In this document: positions 23,716 through 36,900 of the stretch, piece by piece
How the letters are laid out: the number at the start of each line of letters is the position of its first letter
Numbering within the stretch: the first letter of the stretch is position 1
DNA from: Blepharisma stoltei ATCC 30299
Lineage: Eukaryota > Protista > Ciliophora
Assembly: GCA_965603825.1 (NCBI GenBank)
Contig: CBFDEM010000014.1
Span: forward strand, 620,001 to 684,000
Reading direction: 5' to 3'
DNA length: 64,000 nt
Position numbers and translations under genes: made by a program
The notes under the pieces: generated by a model
Told to the model about the DNA's origin: nothing
Seen by the model: only the letters and a program-made list of their open reading frames with translations
The model's database searches: none

Positions 23716-25464
23716 TTAATTCGTGCATGACTGAATTGGGAATAATAAATTTTCTTCAATATCGTACTTATAAATAAAGAACTTTCTGATGAAAAATATT
23801 GATTTTTCATTGGAAATATGATTAGCTGGGCTCCACCAGTCTTCTTCAGGCAGGTCCAATACATCTTCTACAGTCTGAGAATTAATTGGGTCCACCTTTG
23901 TAGCCTTTTTCCCATGCAAAATTATCAAATTATTTTCCACTGAGAACATAAAGCATCGGATACAGTCAGGAATTTTTATTTTTAATAAAGAAAATCTGTT
24001 TCCTGCTATATTATAAGCTTCAATAGAGTCTGTGCCTCCAGCTATATAAATATTTCCTTTAATAAACGCTGCTGAGCAGCTTTCTCTTGCCACATTTAAG
24101 CTTGCTATTTTCTGCCAGGTCCTTTGGGCTACGTTTAACCTTTCGCAGTCTTTTAAATTTCCATTATTGAAGCCTCCAAATACATAGACAAATTCCCCTA
24201 TGTTTATTATTGCATGATTAAACCGAGGATTTTTCATAGCTGGGCCAATGGTCAAGTCTTGGGAAACCACATTGAAAATCCATGTAGATTTCTTAGGGGA
24301 TATTTGTAGACCTCCTGTGATTATAATAAGCCCATCTGGGGTAATTGTCCAAGCACTTCCATCAAGTCCAACATCTCGATTTTTTATTTTGATTTTTGAA
24401 AGCTCGTCTATAGAAGTATTAAAAGTAATCAAATACTTCATGTTGGGGATAAAGCAATACAGCATCGACGAAATTATTTTTCTCCTTGATACAGAGCTGC
24501 TTCTCTGCATTTTTGTTTTAAAGTCTCTCTGTGTTTGTGACATCCTTGTAATTTCATAATCTGAGCCATCTCTTGAAGTTAGTGATACATAATTTTCTTC
24601 AAAATCTGATAAACTCATTGGTGTTTGTGTTTTTGTCCTTTTGGCATCTCTAAAACCGATTTTTGGAGGTGCAGTTTTAGGAGATGCAATTTTTGTTTTT
24701 ATAATATTTTGCTTTGGTAAAGCAAGCTGTGGGACTTTTTTAGGAGAATGAGAGTCTGTTGAAGTAGGGGTTGCAGCTTTAGGGTGCTTTGGATCTGGCG
24801 CTGGGGTATTTGTGCCGCTATTTTTCAGCCCAATGTCAAATACAAATTGGTTTACAATGGCATTTTTTATGTCAACTTGTGTATAGTCAACTTTTTTCTT
24901 TATAATTTCAAATTTGTCGACTTCTTCTATAGTCAGGCAGTTTGTCATAGAATTTGCCAATTCGTTATATTGGTAATCACCCTTTTTCACAGTCTCTAAA
25001 GCTTCGTTTATTTGCTTCTTGAGGGCTCCACATTGATTTATGACCTTTAGTGTCATATCTTCAGCAGCCCCAAGCAAGTCACGCTCTATTACTTTTACGA
25101 TTTCTGTAATAAATTGAATGGACAAATTTTGAAATTCGTCAATATTAGATATTTCTCTTTCGAGACGAGATTTTATGTGTGATAAAATTTCTTGCTTTTG
25201 GGAAGCCTGAGCGAGGATTTGTGCCTCAGTAGCACAGATCTCGCGCCAATTTTCAGCGACTAAAGAAGTTAGTTGACTTTCACTAAGGGCGACTGGCTTG
25301 TGGTTGGAGCCTATGTCGGAAATTATATGTTTTCCTACACAGCTGCTACACAAAATAACCTGCTTACAGAAGCAAATAAGCTCCCCAACTCCTTTGCAGA
25401 TTTCACAAGACTTAGTATTCATCAACGACATAATTATAGTGTTCAGCATTTTAGGCATATCCAA
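23716..25464 (-). CDS. B-box-like Zn finger + coiled coil + kelch-repeat protein
   Basis: CxxC...CxC...CxxCxxxH N-terminus; kelch motifs IIITGG, VYVFGG, IYIAGG. Confidence 0.85.
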   Translation of the reverse strand: MDMPKMLNTIIMSLMNTKSCEICKGVGELICFCKQVILCSSCVGKHIISDIGSNHKPVALSESQLTSLVAENWREICATEAQILAQASQKQEILSHIKSRLEREISNIDEFQNLSIQFITEIVKVIERDLLGAAEDMTLKVINQCGALKKQINEALETVKKGDYQYNELANSMTNCLTIEEVDKFEIIKKKVDYTQVDIKNAIVNQFVFDIGLKNSGTNTPAPDPKHPKAATPTSTDSHSPKKVPQLALPKQNIIKTKIASPKTAPPKIGFRDAKRTKTQTPMSLSDFEENYVSLTSRDGSDYEITRMSQTQRDFKTKMQRSSSVSRRKIISSMLYCFIPNMKYLITFNTSIDELSKIKIKNRDVGLDGSAWTITPDGLIIITGGLQISPKKSTWIFNVVSQDLTIGPAMKNPRFNHAIINIGEFVYVFGGFNNGNLKDCERLNVAQRTWQKIASLNVARESCSAAFIKGNIYIAGGTDSIEAYNIAGNRFSLLKIKIPDCIRCFMFSVENNLIILHGKKATKVDPINSQTVEDVLDLPEEDWWSPANHISNEKSIFFIRKFFIYKYDIEENLLFPIQSCTN

Positions 25465-25493
25465 AATAAATGGCCATTATATTTATTTTTAGC

Positions 25494-26246
25494 TTATGCT
25501 ATAACTAAGTTTCTTACTAGCCCAGTTTTCATCTCAATCATGGATTTTTTATGCAGATTAATTTGATAGACTACTCCATCTAAACTATAAATAAAAATCC
25601 ATTCTGTGGAGTTTAAAATTTCTTCAATTTCTTTAATTATGGGCCTTGCAGATTGGTCATTAGCATATCACCAATATTTTTCTTTATTAGAACTTGACCT
25701 ACTTATTGGATAAATCAATTTTTCTCCGGATATGCCATTTAGAGTCATTAAGGACTCTTGAAATATAATTTCAGCTTGGCTTCCTGAGAACTCAAATTTA
25801 CTTCTTATATTTCCTAAAATGAAATCTTTTTCTATATAATTGCTGATAGATTCTGGGAAATAAATCTCAGATAATTCCATATGATAGCTCCATTTGCCTT
25901 GCAAAGTGCAGGATTGGGAAGAAAATTGTGGGACTGATGATAAATCAGTTGGCTGATTTCCTTGAATTTCTTGTACTTCAGGATTTTCATCAAATAAAAT
26001 ATCAGGGTCTTCATTTTCATTTGAGTTTTTTGGTTGAGGAATTTGCTGCGATCTAGGTATAGTAGGCTCCTTTTGAGGAGAAGCATTCCTAAGCAGTTCA
26101 TCTTGTTCTGTATCTAAAGGTGGAGCACTTGGAATCGGCATCTGTGGATAAGCAACTGGAGCTCGCAGATCTGCAACCTGAAACTTAGGAATTTTTACCT
26201 TAACTGATTGTTTTTGCTTATTATTTTTGCTCGACCCGCTTCCCAT
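25494..26246 (-). CDS. N-myristoylated protein with tandem WWE-like domains
   Basis: MGSGSS start. Reading TGA 25668-25670 as Trp extends the ORF to TAA 25494, adding WYANDQ...IEE...YQINLHKKSMIEMKTGLVRNL (WWE-like); first unit KWSYHMELSEIYFPESISNYIEK. Confidence 0.7.
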
Positions 26247-26267
26247 TTATAATATATCTACTATTAT

Positions 26268-26963
26268 TTACTTAATCTTTTGTAACAAAATTATTTGTTT
26301 GTTTCCAGCTTCCTCAATTCTCCTAGAAATATTTTCTATATCACTTTCTATGCTTTCCCTATCATTTCCACTCGTTTTTAGCTGATTTTCTAATTCTGCT
26401 ATGTATTTCTCCCAGTGGATTTTCTCATTTTCTCTTTCCGATAAGAGTTTTTGGTATTTTCCTTTAATTCCTTGTAATTCGTCAGACAAATCTTCTAAAA
26501 TTTTGCTCCTTTTATATTCATTTTCAGTAAATTCTTTATATAAGTCTTGGTACTGCTTTTCTAGATCCTCAATAGGCTTAAAAGGCTCTTTATAACTAGA
26601 AGTCGGCTGCTTGATTGTTGTTGTGTACATTTCAGGAGTTTTTCGAGGAGGTTCAATTTCCGTTGGATCTTCAATTGAAAATTCCTTTTTATGACGTGGG
26701 GAGTTTTGAGTTTCTACACGCTGGACTGCACGAGAAACTAAAAGTTTACGAGCAGGAGATGTAGGTTTGTTAGGAGTTGTAATGAGTAAATCATTGTATT
26801 CTGTTTTTAATAAAATTGCGTCATCTATAATGCTGTTAAAATTTGGACGCCTTGTTTTTTCTTTAGAACTGAAATCAGCAGATTTGCGGATTCCAATGTC
26901 ACTGCGTTCAAGAGGCATTCTAAATGCTTTTGAATAAGAAAAGCGAGATGGGGATTTTGCCAT
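26268..26963 (-). CDS. Hypothetical coiled-coil protein
   Basis: 231-aa ORF with an S/P/R-rich N-terminus and heptad-rich C-terminus. Confidence 0.7.
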   Translation of the reverse strand: MAKSPSRFSYSKAFRMPLERSDIGIRKSADFSSKEKTRRPNFNSIIDDAILLKTEYNDLLITTPNKPTSPARKLLVSRAVQRVETQNSPRHKKEFSIEDPTEIEPPRKTPEMYTTTIKQPTSSYKEPFKPIEDLEKQYQDLYKEFTENEYKRSKILEDLSDELQGIKGKYQKLLSERENEKIHWEKYIAELENQLKTSGNDRESIESDIENISRRIEEAGNKQIILLQKIK

Positions 26964-27489
26964 AACGTTTAATTTTTTAATAAATATAAATATATTGCAT
27001 CATAACTGTGGAGTTGAAAATAAAAAATCGAGAAATTACTTTTTATATTAGAGAATTTTGAGCTATTATTGGAATAATAATTTTTAAGATAAAAAATTGT
27101 ATTATATTGGGAATAATCATTAATTTTATAGTACCATTTATGTGATAGACCTTGGATCATATTTCCTTTAAGATAGATTGGTTTTCATTTAAGCTATCTA
27201 GATCATTATCATGCAAAATCCTTTATTGCAATCAAAATTATTACTCAAATCCAATTTTTAATTTTTACATTAAAATAGTTATATAAATATAACTTAAATA
27301 ATTTAACTTTCTTTCATCTTATCCAGTCCAATTAAGCATTTTTATTGAAATATTAGAGTTCTGATTTGATGATAGCAGATTTGCTTTGAGACATGCAACT
27401 ATATATTATAATAATATTTTATGGAAGCATAAAATTATAGATCAGCTTTCTATTGTGTCAATTAGTGAATTACCAAAATTCTATTATCA

Positions 27490-27852
27490 AGATATATCTA
27501 TGGTATCAGTAAATCGCCTTTTTTTCAAAGCTTTCTTGTTGGGGATAGTCCGCGTGGGCTCCATATGAGAAAGAATTTTTTTTCAACTTAGGTTTAATGA
27601 GGACGTTTAGAATTGCATCTAAAATTCTTAATAAAAATTATCCACCCAAATATAAGCGCTGTGGGGAAGATTTTAGTTGAAAAAAAATATTTTACTGGGT
27701 GAAGTGCTTAAAAATCGCTGAAATTGATAATTGAGATTTGAAAGAAGTCAAGATGAGACCTAGCAAAAATTAAAGATATGCTGAAATTTATCAAGAAAAT
27801 GAAGAAAGACACTTAAAAAGCAAAGGATTATACAAGAAAGTACGCAAAATAA
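27490..27852 (+). pseudogene. Degenerate UBC/UEV-like relic
   Basis: KIIHPNISAVGKIL; CACCCAAATATAAGCG identical to 39895-39910; EIYQENEE...YAK* matches the 3' end of 39660-40107; several frameshifts. Confidence 0.65.
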
Positions 27853-27905
27853 GATTTAATTTTATAGTCCTGAAAGATAACCGTATTTAAAATAGATTTC
27901 CTTAG

Positions 27906-30900
27906 TTAAGTATAAGTAGGAGGGTACATTTCATTGTAAAGCCTAACTGCTTTTTCCCCAGCTGTCTTTCTCAGAACTTCAGTAGATACTAAATCAGTCA
28001 ATCTATCAGCTCCTGAAATCGAATTGATATCAAGATATCCACTTTGGCCTCTCGTCAAGTTTGCAATCTCTTGAAATTTTGCCTGAGCAGCACTATAAAC
28101 ATAAAACGCATGTATTGGAATTTTTTTTTCTATAATTTTGGCTAATTCGTCCTCATAGTACCCAACAACGTTATATCCCGAGCGATTTCAATAATCTGAA
28201 TTATGACCTCTTTTTCAGGAGATTTCTTCACGAGTGTTTGGAGGAGAATCTCCAATTAAAATTACTTGTGAAATCTTATGAACTTCCGAGACCCTATTGA
28301 CATGCCACAATCCAACCTCTATTGCTTCATTTGTCCAACCATATTCAGGCCACACATTTTCCATAAATCCTTGAAGGATATCCGGCTTATTTGTAAATGG
28401 AGAAACTTCTAGTAGTTTTTCCTTAGGAGCATTATAGTTTCTATAAACGCAGTACTGCAGCTGAAAACTTCCAGGGTTTACCCCACTTCTAGTTAAAACT
28501 TCACATACTCGTGAAAACATAATACTTACTGTATTTTTGGCGCTTTGAAGTAATAATGACATAGATCCTGTTGCGTCCATTAGAACAATTGTTTTTTTAT
28601 CGTCAATTTCTATTGGAATTACTTTATTCTTCTCTTTTAAAAATGCCTTAGCCTTTCCAATATTATTATTCTGAATAAAATTCAAAAATTCAATTGTACT
28701 GTCATGTTGAGCTTTGGATTGTTTTACATTATTAGATTCGCCTATATTTTCAATTTGAATAAATTCATCCCTTTTTTTATTTAATGATTCATAAAAGGAT
28801 CCATTATTTCTCATATTTTCAATATCTAATTTTGATATTAGAAAATGTTCTAATTCATTATCCAAAAGAATCATGCTAAACGATCCTTGTTGTCCTTGTC
28901 TTGCACATCTTCCCATAATTTGGGTTTCCTCGGATACATCTTCTGATAAAAATGTTTGAATTACATGAACTCCTCCATTAGTCGAGATTTCAAGGTTATA
29001 GCATTTAAAATCAATTCCTCTGCCATACGCTCTTGTTAATAATGATACAGTGTTTGGAACCGTCGCCTTTTTGATCATCATATTCCTGTTTTCTACACTC
29101 AAACTCTCAGTCATTAGCTGAATTTCATAATTGCTATTTTTCAACTGCGATTTATTAAAAAAGTCCATTAATTTTTTTTCATTTTCAAAAAATACCAGTA
29201 CAGCTCGTTTGCATCCTTCTTTGATTCCTTCTATTTGATTATTTATTTCTGTAAATATCCTCTTATGATAATCATCTATATTTTCTATATGAACATCTTT
29301 ATTTTTTCTGAACTTTCGATTATTTTCTCCAAAAACTGAAGGCATGTAAGTGTTTAATGCAATTTTATATTCATTTTGTATAATAATTTTTTCATAATCC
29401 CCCAATGTTTTCAAAGTTCCAGTAACCCCCATAATATATTTAAATTTGTGAGGAATTTCTGCAAATGAGAACATGCCACAATTGATCCCAATGAAAATGT
29501 TTTCATTTAAGCTTTCTGTTGGGATCTTTCCTTTTTCGTTCTCTAAGTAATAGGCAAATAAAGTATCGCAGCCATAAACGATATTAAATGAAATTCCATC
29601 ATTCTCTTTATAGCCAATTTTACCATTCTGCACTTCATAATCATAAGATTTACGCTTCTCCTTCTGGCTATCAACAGAATCATGAGATTGAAGATCTTTC
29701 ACCTTGCTAATCATGTCTTTTACAGCTTCTTCAATGAGAAATTCAAAGCCGGGGAACTGTTTGCAGCAATTTTTATATTCATTGGCGTTCCAAAGCTCCA
29801 TAAGTTGGCCGTTTCTGTTTTTTCATATAAAATCAGTTAGTTCTTTAATTGTAGAGTGTCTCAACTTAGCAAGGGGCCTATACATATTTCCATAGAAAGA
29901 TTTGGTGAAAAACACGTCGACTTCGTCTATCAGTAGGATTTTAGGTCTTTCTGCGACTCCGTCACTAAGACTTGGGCATCGCCCATTTTGTATTAAGTCT
30001 AAAACTATTGCTCTAATGTCTCCTCTGGAATTAATATCGTCTTCACAAAGTTTATTAAAAGTCCCATATTTTATGTATGGGTGTATATTTAAAGCTGCAT
30101 ATAAAGGTTGAAAATCTTCGAAATCTCTATTGCTTAAATGCTCACTATAGCAGGCACAGTTTACACTAAACCCTAAAAGAGCAAGCATAGAGCACAAAAA
30201 TGCTAATGTGATTGATTTTCCTTCCCCTGTAAGGATTTGAACCAGGTTATTTTTAGGTTCGACGTTTTCATAGCCAATGCCAATCATGCGGAAAATTGAT
30301 AAAATTTGTATTGCATGTGGTTTGAAAAACGTAGTTTCTCCCTCTTCATCAACATCATAGTTGCATTTTTTCATATTCAAAAACATTCAGAGTATTGAAA
30401 TATATGCTAAAAGCTCTGGAATAAATTCTCTTATGGTCTGAATATCTGGATTTAAGGGATCTATGGCATGATCCCTTGAGAAAGCTTCTATATCACTTAT
30501 GATTTGCGATATAATATAATCCAGTCCTTTATCACGAATGATATCTATTTTAAAATAAGTTCCATGAAAATCGTGGAATATCTCATAATACTCCTCGTAT
30601 TTATCATTCAGTTCTTGTTTATTTAAATTTGACCCTTCGATTTTCTCCAGTGCGTATTCTATATCATGTCCTTGGGTTTTTCCCAGCCAAAACCTTTGAC
30701 TAACTCCTTCAAAGAATTTGTGCTCTGCAATTATATAAATCCCTAATCCGGTTTTGTGACTTTCTAGCTCATTAACAATATTTACAGCTTTATCTTTATT
30801 TTTTATTCTAAATTTCTCCAAAAATTCATCCATAACTTTATCCAGTTCTTTTTTCAATAAAGGGAAATTATTTGAGACTTTTTTCATATCTATCATATGC

Positions 30901-33900
30901 TCCACAATTTTACTTATTTCTATCTCATTTTCTGCCTTTTGTCTGAACTCGTTAGTTTTCTGATAAATTTTCTTTTCAATCTTTTTGATTGTGTTTTTCC
31001 AATCAAGATCTTTGATATTTAAATTTTTTTCAAAAGCCGACAAACAACTATAATAAATTCTTATTTCATTGAAATCTTCATTATTAATTTCTTCTTTGTT
31101 TATATAGCTTGAAGCAGATTCTACAATGCTCTCCATTTCTCTTTCGATAGATTCAATTGCATTCGATTCAATTTGTTCAAGATTTGCAATGTCTGGGTTT
31201 ATATGATTTTTTATTTCTTCGTAGCTTTTTATTCTATTTCATCTTTCTTGGATATCTTGTGCCTTATCTTCAAGAAGTTTTTGATGCTTAATTTCATCAT
31301 ACTGAATTTTGAAGTTTGTGAAGTACTCATTCTCTTGACGCAGCATTTCACTAAAGTGATTTGCAATTTCAGAATACCGTAGAAGATTTTCAATTTTAGA
31401 ATAATTGGTATGCATATGATAGTTTCCGTTTTGTGACAAATATTCTTTAAAAATTCTGAAAAGCTCGTCTCACTCTTTGATTTTATTTAAAGCTCTATTG
31501 CAGTTGTGAAGATTATGTGGAGGCTTGAAATCGATATAGCTTTTATTGAGCTTTATATAAAAATCAGATATACAAATTAGCATTGTTTCAATATTATTTT
31601 CAAATTTAAACATATCAGTAGAAGGCACTTCTTGATCAAAGTTTATTTTAAAATCTATAAAAATTTTAAAAAAATTAAAGGCCTCTATTAGCTCAGTGCT
31701 GCTATCTTTGTGCTCAATATTGAGAAGAGTTTTCAAATTGCTTCGAATTGCTTGGTTTATATTGCTTTCGATTTCTTTAAACAATGAATCACAATTAGAT
31801 GCAATTCTGATCAGCTTATCTTTAAAAACTAATTTTTTAGCTTTTTGAAAAGCAGAGTCCCAGTCATGATTATTAAGGGCAGAAATAATTTCAACCCTAA
31901 TTGTTGACACAACTTCTCTTAGTTTTTTTTCTACATAATTGTAGTCTTTATAGGAGTATTCACTAGTATATTTTAGATGGATATCGCATAATTCTTTAAT
32001 GTGCCCATCTTTTGCCAAGATGTTGATTCTTTCTCGATTATATTTTTTCTCTTGATCGTATCCTTTCTTAATATCATCGCTTAAAGTCTTCGCTAAATTA
32101 GCAATATCATTAGGCAAGAAATCTAAAATAGAAAGTATATCATTGCAAATACTCCTTTTCTCTTGTAAAGATTTTCAATTGATAGCATTTCTTATGCTAT
32201 CAAATTTTTTATAAATCAAATTTTTAATCTCATTAGAACTTTCTTTATAAATTGGGAAATCTTTTGAAGTTTTTTCAAACTCTTTCAAAATTAATTTTGG
32301 AGAAAGTTCTTTAAAATCGTTGATTTCGCATTTTTCGAATCGTAAAATAATATCCTGGCGTAAACGATCCAGATTTTTCTTAAAATCATTAATACTTTTG
32401 GATTCAAATTGAGATCCCAAACACTTAAGTAAATTGGTTTTTAAGTCATCAATATTTTTGATTTTTGCCTCAGCTTCACTAAATTTAATAGACTGAATAG
32501 CGACTTTAATTGCAGATAGAAAAGCTTCAACCTTTTCAGAAAATACAGTCTTGGCATCCTTCTCAAGACCAATAAGTGACTGCTCATATTTCTTATCAAA
32601 TATTTTATATAAATCATTTTGCTTTGCATTCGAAACTTTTTCAAAATTTGAACATATCTCATTTATTTGCGCATAATCTAGCTTGGAATTATTTATTTGA
32701 AAAATGCTATCATATGAGCCTTTTATTAAATTTTCGATTGAGCAAATTAATTTCTCTTTGATTGTATCTTGAAACGCATTCCATGTTGCGTCATCCAGAG
32801 CTGCTATTAGTTGCTTTGCTCTATCAAAATTATGGCTTACAATAGATTCAATTATATTTTGGCATGCTTGGTCAAGTTTTGAATTTTTTATTTTTTCATA
32901 ATAATCAGAGGTCGCTGAAAAATTCTCATTTATTTTGGCAAAATCGTTAACAATCGTTAGTAATAAAGCAATTTGTCTGAATTGATTTCTTTCAACGCAA
33001 ATTCTAAGCTTTTCATTGAAAAAATAATTTAAATTATTGAACTCCTTGATATAATGCTCACAATGAGGCTGCATGTCTAAAACTCTGAAAAATGATGGGG
33101 ATTTTGTATTTAGTAATGATATTTCTTTAAAATTCAACGATATCTGATGAGAATAATTTTTTATCAAACTGATGTCATTTTTTTCGTCTAAAATAATTTT
33201 TGAAATAGAACTTAGGCAGTTTTCTAATGAAACTAAATGGTTGTTGTAAAATTGAGATAAATTAGACAAAACGCTTGAACAGAACTGCCTTACAGATTCA
33301 GCTAGTTCAGGTATATTTTTGCACTCTTCAATGTAATTAAACGAGCTTTCTAATTTTTCAATATCAGGCATATTTTTTGCAATCTTTTCTTTGAATATTT
33401 CAATAAAATTTTGGATTTTGCTTATTTTTGTATTTAATTCTTCAATATTTGTAAATCCATATCTCCCAAGCAATTCTTGACATTCTAAATTTTTCTCCAA
33501 TTTTTGATATTTTAAGTATTCTTTCCTAACAGTCTCCAATTTTTTGAACTCGTTTCTCTCCTCTGCAATATCCTGCAATTCTGGGTTATACTCTCTTTTT
33601 ATAGATTTCAGTGTGTTTTCAACCCTTTCTTTAAATTCTATCCATATATTTTTATCATAATTTTTTAATGAAGGAATAAATTCTTCCAATTGAAAAATAG
33701 GATCCAGCTTTTGAACAATGCTATAACCCTTAGGCACGTTGAAATGAAAATTAATGCCTAGGTCAATTTCTTTTAACTCAAACTGCAGCTTTTCAATACA
33801 GCGTTTTATTTCTTTTTCGATCCCTAAAATTTCATTGCTGTAAGTTCCTTCACTGAATTTTTCAATTCATTTTCCTGACTCCAGCCAAGAAAAGCAGTCA

Positions 33901-36900
33901 TACAATAGCTTGAAATCTATAGATTCGGGAGAATTCGAAAAAGACTTGATGATTTCTTTGGCTTCTCTCTTGAAAAAGCTAATTTTATTTATTATCGAAT
34001 TTAATGCTTCTTGATAAGAGGCAGCTATAAGGTATTCTATATCTGGAACCTTCATCAACAATTCGAATTCGTCAAAATTAGATTCAATATCAGCTATATC
34101 ATTTGTGGAATCATCATTGATAATTGATAAAACAGATTTCTTAGAATTTTCAAAATGCGTTTTATATTCTTCAAAAATTGGTTGGAGGAAATCTTCTATT
34201 TCATTTTTATCTGTAAGAGCATATAAGTCCTGCACGCTTAAAGCTGATTTTATTGTATAAATATTTTCTTGAAGTATTTCTATATCCGATTCTTCAATAT
34301 ATCCTTTTTTTAACAGCCCAATTGAACTATCACATCTTCCTTTTAATTTTGAAATAAATTGTATTAAAAGAAGGCCATGCTTTTCATCTAATTCTGGTAA
34401 GCACAAGTGATCACGAGCAATATCTAAAAATTTCTGCTCTTGTAATAAATTCTCAACAAAACCCTTAAAATTATTTATTTCTAAATTTGAGCTTGCATTT
34501 CCCAACAAATTTCTAATCAGAGTTTCATATTCTTTACAAAGATTTGCATAATATGGGATTATATCTTGAAATTTTCCTCTTAAAATTTTTGCATTGCTGA
34601 TTTGAGCTTTCAAAATATAAGAATCAATATCCTCGTCTCTTAAGTCGAAGTTGATAAGACCTAGTTTAAATACAATATTGGTGATCATAGCTGCTGGGTT
34701 GACTGTCTCCTCTCTTAAATGGCATTCTCTGATTTCTTCGATTTTTTTCAAATAATTGTGAACTTCTTGATATGTTTGTATTATATTTTCATCCAAAATT
34801 GCATGGCTTTCTAAAAAGCTATTAAATTGAGAAACTACTTTTTGGTAGATATTATTAGTCGTTCTAATTACAGATTCTACACATTGATTATATTGATTCT
34901 CAAACATGGAGAATAAGTTTGCTATATATTTTACCTCATCCAATTTTTGCTTGATTATTTCATAATTTATAGAATTTAAGGCTTTTTCAATGTCTTTTGA
35001 ATGGATAGATAATTGATTCATTACCGAAATTCGAGAATCTTCAGTAATAAAGCTTTTAAACACATTTTTTGGGTCATATATTGGCTCTCTTTCCATGATT
35101 TTTTGGATGAGTTTTTGAGGATTCCCATCTAGGTGATTAATTGTTATTACTTCGTGAACTGTTTTTTGTTCTATATCCTCAAGAATGTGCCTATACCCTA
35201 TATCAGAGTTTTTTGTGTTTGCCAGTGCATTGATCACTTTTCCATGGATATTTGAAGCTTCATCTTCAGAATATTTGGTAAAAACATATGTAAATGAGCT
35301 ACGATATTTATTAAAGTCAGGAATGAGCCTCATCAATGTATAAGCAATTTTTTTGATCCCTTCAAATCTATCGCCTTGAGCTTGGCTGCTTAATAAAATC
35401 ACTGGTCTTACACTTCTGCAATTTTTTACATGCTCAGCAATGCTTATTGTATTTGCGATGTCAACCTCTGTGCCATTTGTATCCATTAATCCTGGAGTAT
35501 CGCATAGATAAACAGTTTCTTCGGAATTTTTTATTTTTATTGGCACCATAGTGATATATCGAGTTTCTGATCGGTCATGAGAGGAAATTGTTATATTTTT
35601 TAATAAGGGATGCTTTACAGCAATAGATTTTATATGCCATACATTGTCTTCTAGGATTTTAAACATTAATGTTGCTGTGGATTTTCCTGCACCTGTAGCA
35701 CCAATAAGAAAAATAATATCTTTATTTTCTAGATTCTCAGAGGATTTGGCTGATTTGCTAATCAAACGAGCAATCTCTCTTATATTAACAGGGCGTTGAC
35801 CTTTTAGAATTTTTTCAGTTATTTTGATCAAATTTTCTCAGTTTTGATTCTCAAAGCTTGAAATAAAATCTGAAATTAAGCTTTTTGATAAAATTCATTT
35901 AGGATTCTGTTTAAAATATTCAATTAAATTTCTGAACTCTTTATTGTGATCTATATGCTCAATTTTTCTGTGAATGTCAAATGTTGAATCAAAATTATAG
36001 GATAGAGTACAACTATTTTCAAACTCATTTTTTTACAAAAGAATAACTGTAAAGCCATTATTTTTTGGTGAAAAAAGCCCAAAAATAAAGGTATAAAAAA
36101 GTGCATTGCGCTTTTTATAGTCAAATGGGATGAAAAAAGTAATATTAAATTTTTTTTTCCAGGATTTATAAAGATTAAATTAAATAAATAGCAAATAATA
36201 AAATTACACAAAGAACAAATGGTGTAAATTTAGTTCAAATAAGCTGAAATAACTATTTAAATGTTCTAATGTATCGCCTTCTTATGCAGTGTGATTTAGA
36301 AAGAGCCCACCATTTTAACTTCAACTAGTGATATCGAAACATTCTGCGTCGCCCTTTTATCGGATGGAGGCAATCCGGCAATTTTAAGTGCCACAAGCTG
36401 GCCAGAAAACCTCATAGGTGTTCTGCCTTGTGGCTTTAGCAAGCTTTGCAAACTTTGCTTCCATGGGAATTTTAAGCAGTAAAATTCTATGCTTTCTTGC
36501 TTCCATGGGTCAATATATCTTTCAATATGCGATAAGCCAAGTTTAGCATTTGGATAAGGCACAGCAGAAAAACTGAACTTTATTATCATAAAATTTCACA
36601 GGAGGAAGAGTTCTCATTAATCCCGTGCATATCTATTTTATAATTATGCAAAAGATAAAAGTATAATTTACTTTTTCTGCTTCGTCCAAATTATATACTT
36701 TATAGTAGGCAAAACACAAAATACTCGTGAGAAATCTTTCCATGCAATATGGGATAGAAGATATATGGTTTATCATTCCTTCCAGGAAGTCTATATTTTT
36801 TTGATTTTCAGCTTCCTTAGGATCTATAGTTATCATAGTTTTCAAATTAATTCGCTTATATATGCAAAGCAACTTTTCTAAATCAGCGAGAATGATCTTT

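Noticed and set aside
28215-30386. Bacterial secA gene, or a Mycoplasma-like (code 4) contaminant
   Set aside because: The SecA-like module is fused within a ~3,100-aa ORF, and neighbours are clearly eukaryotic (GSK3, RPGRIP1L, SPCS3) with spliceosomal introns.
36296-36589. 97-aa ORF inside the 696-bp insertion as a transposase fragment
   Set aside because: No recognisable DDE, HTH or IS1595-type motifs by inspection.
35992-36695. The 696-bp insertion as a long intron
   Set aside because: No AG at the required 3' junction, and introns seen in this window are 15 nt; direct-repeat boundaries fit DNA-level insertion or excision.
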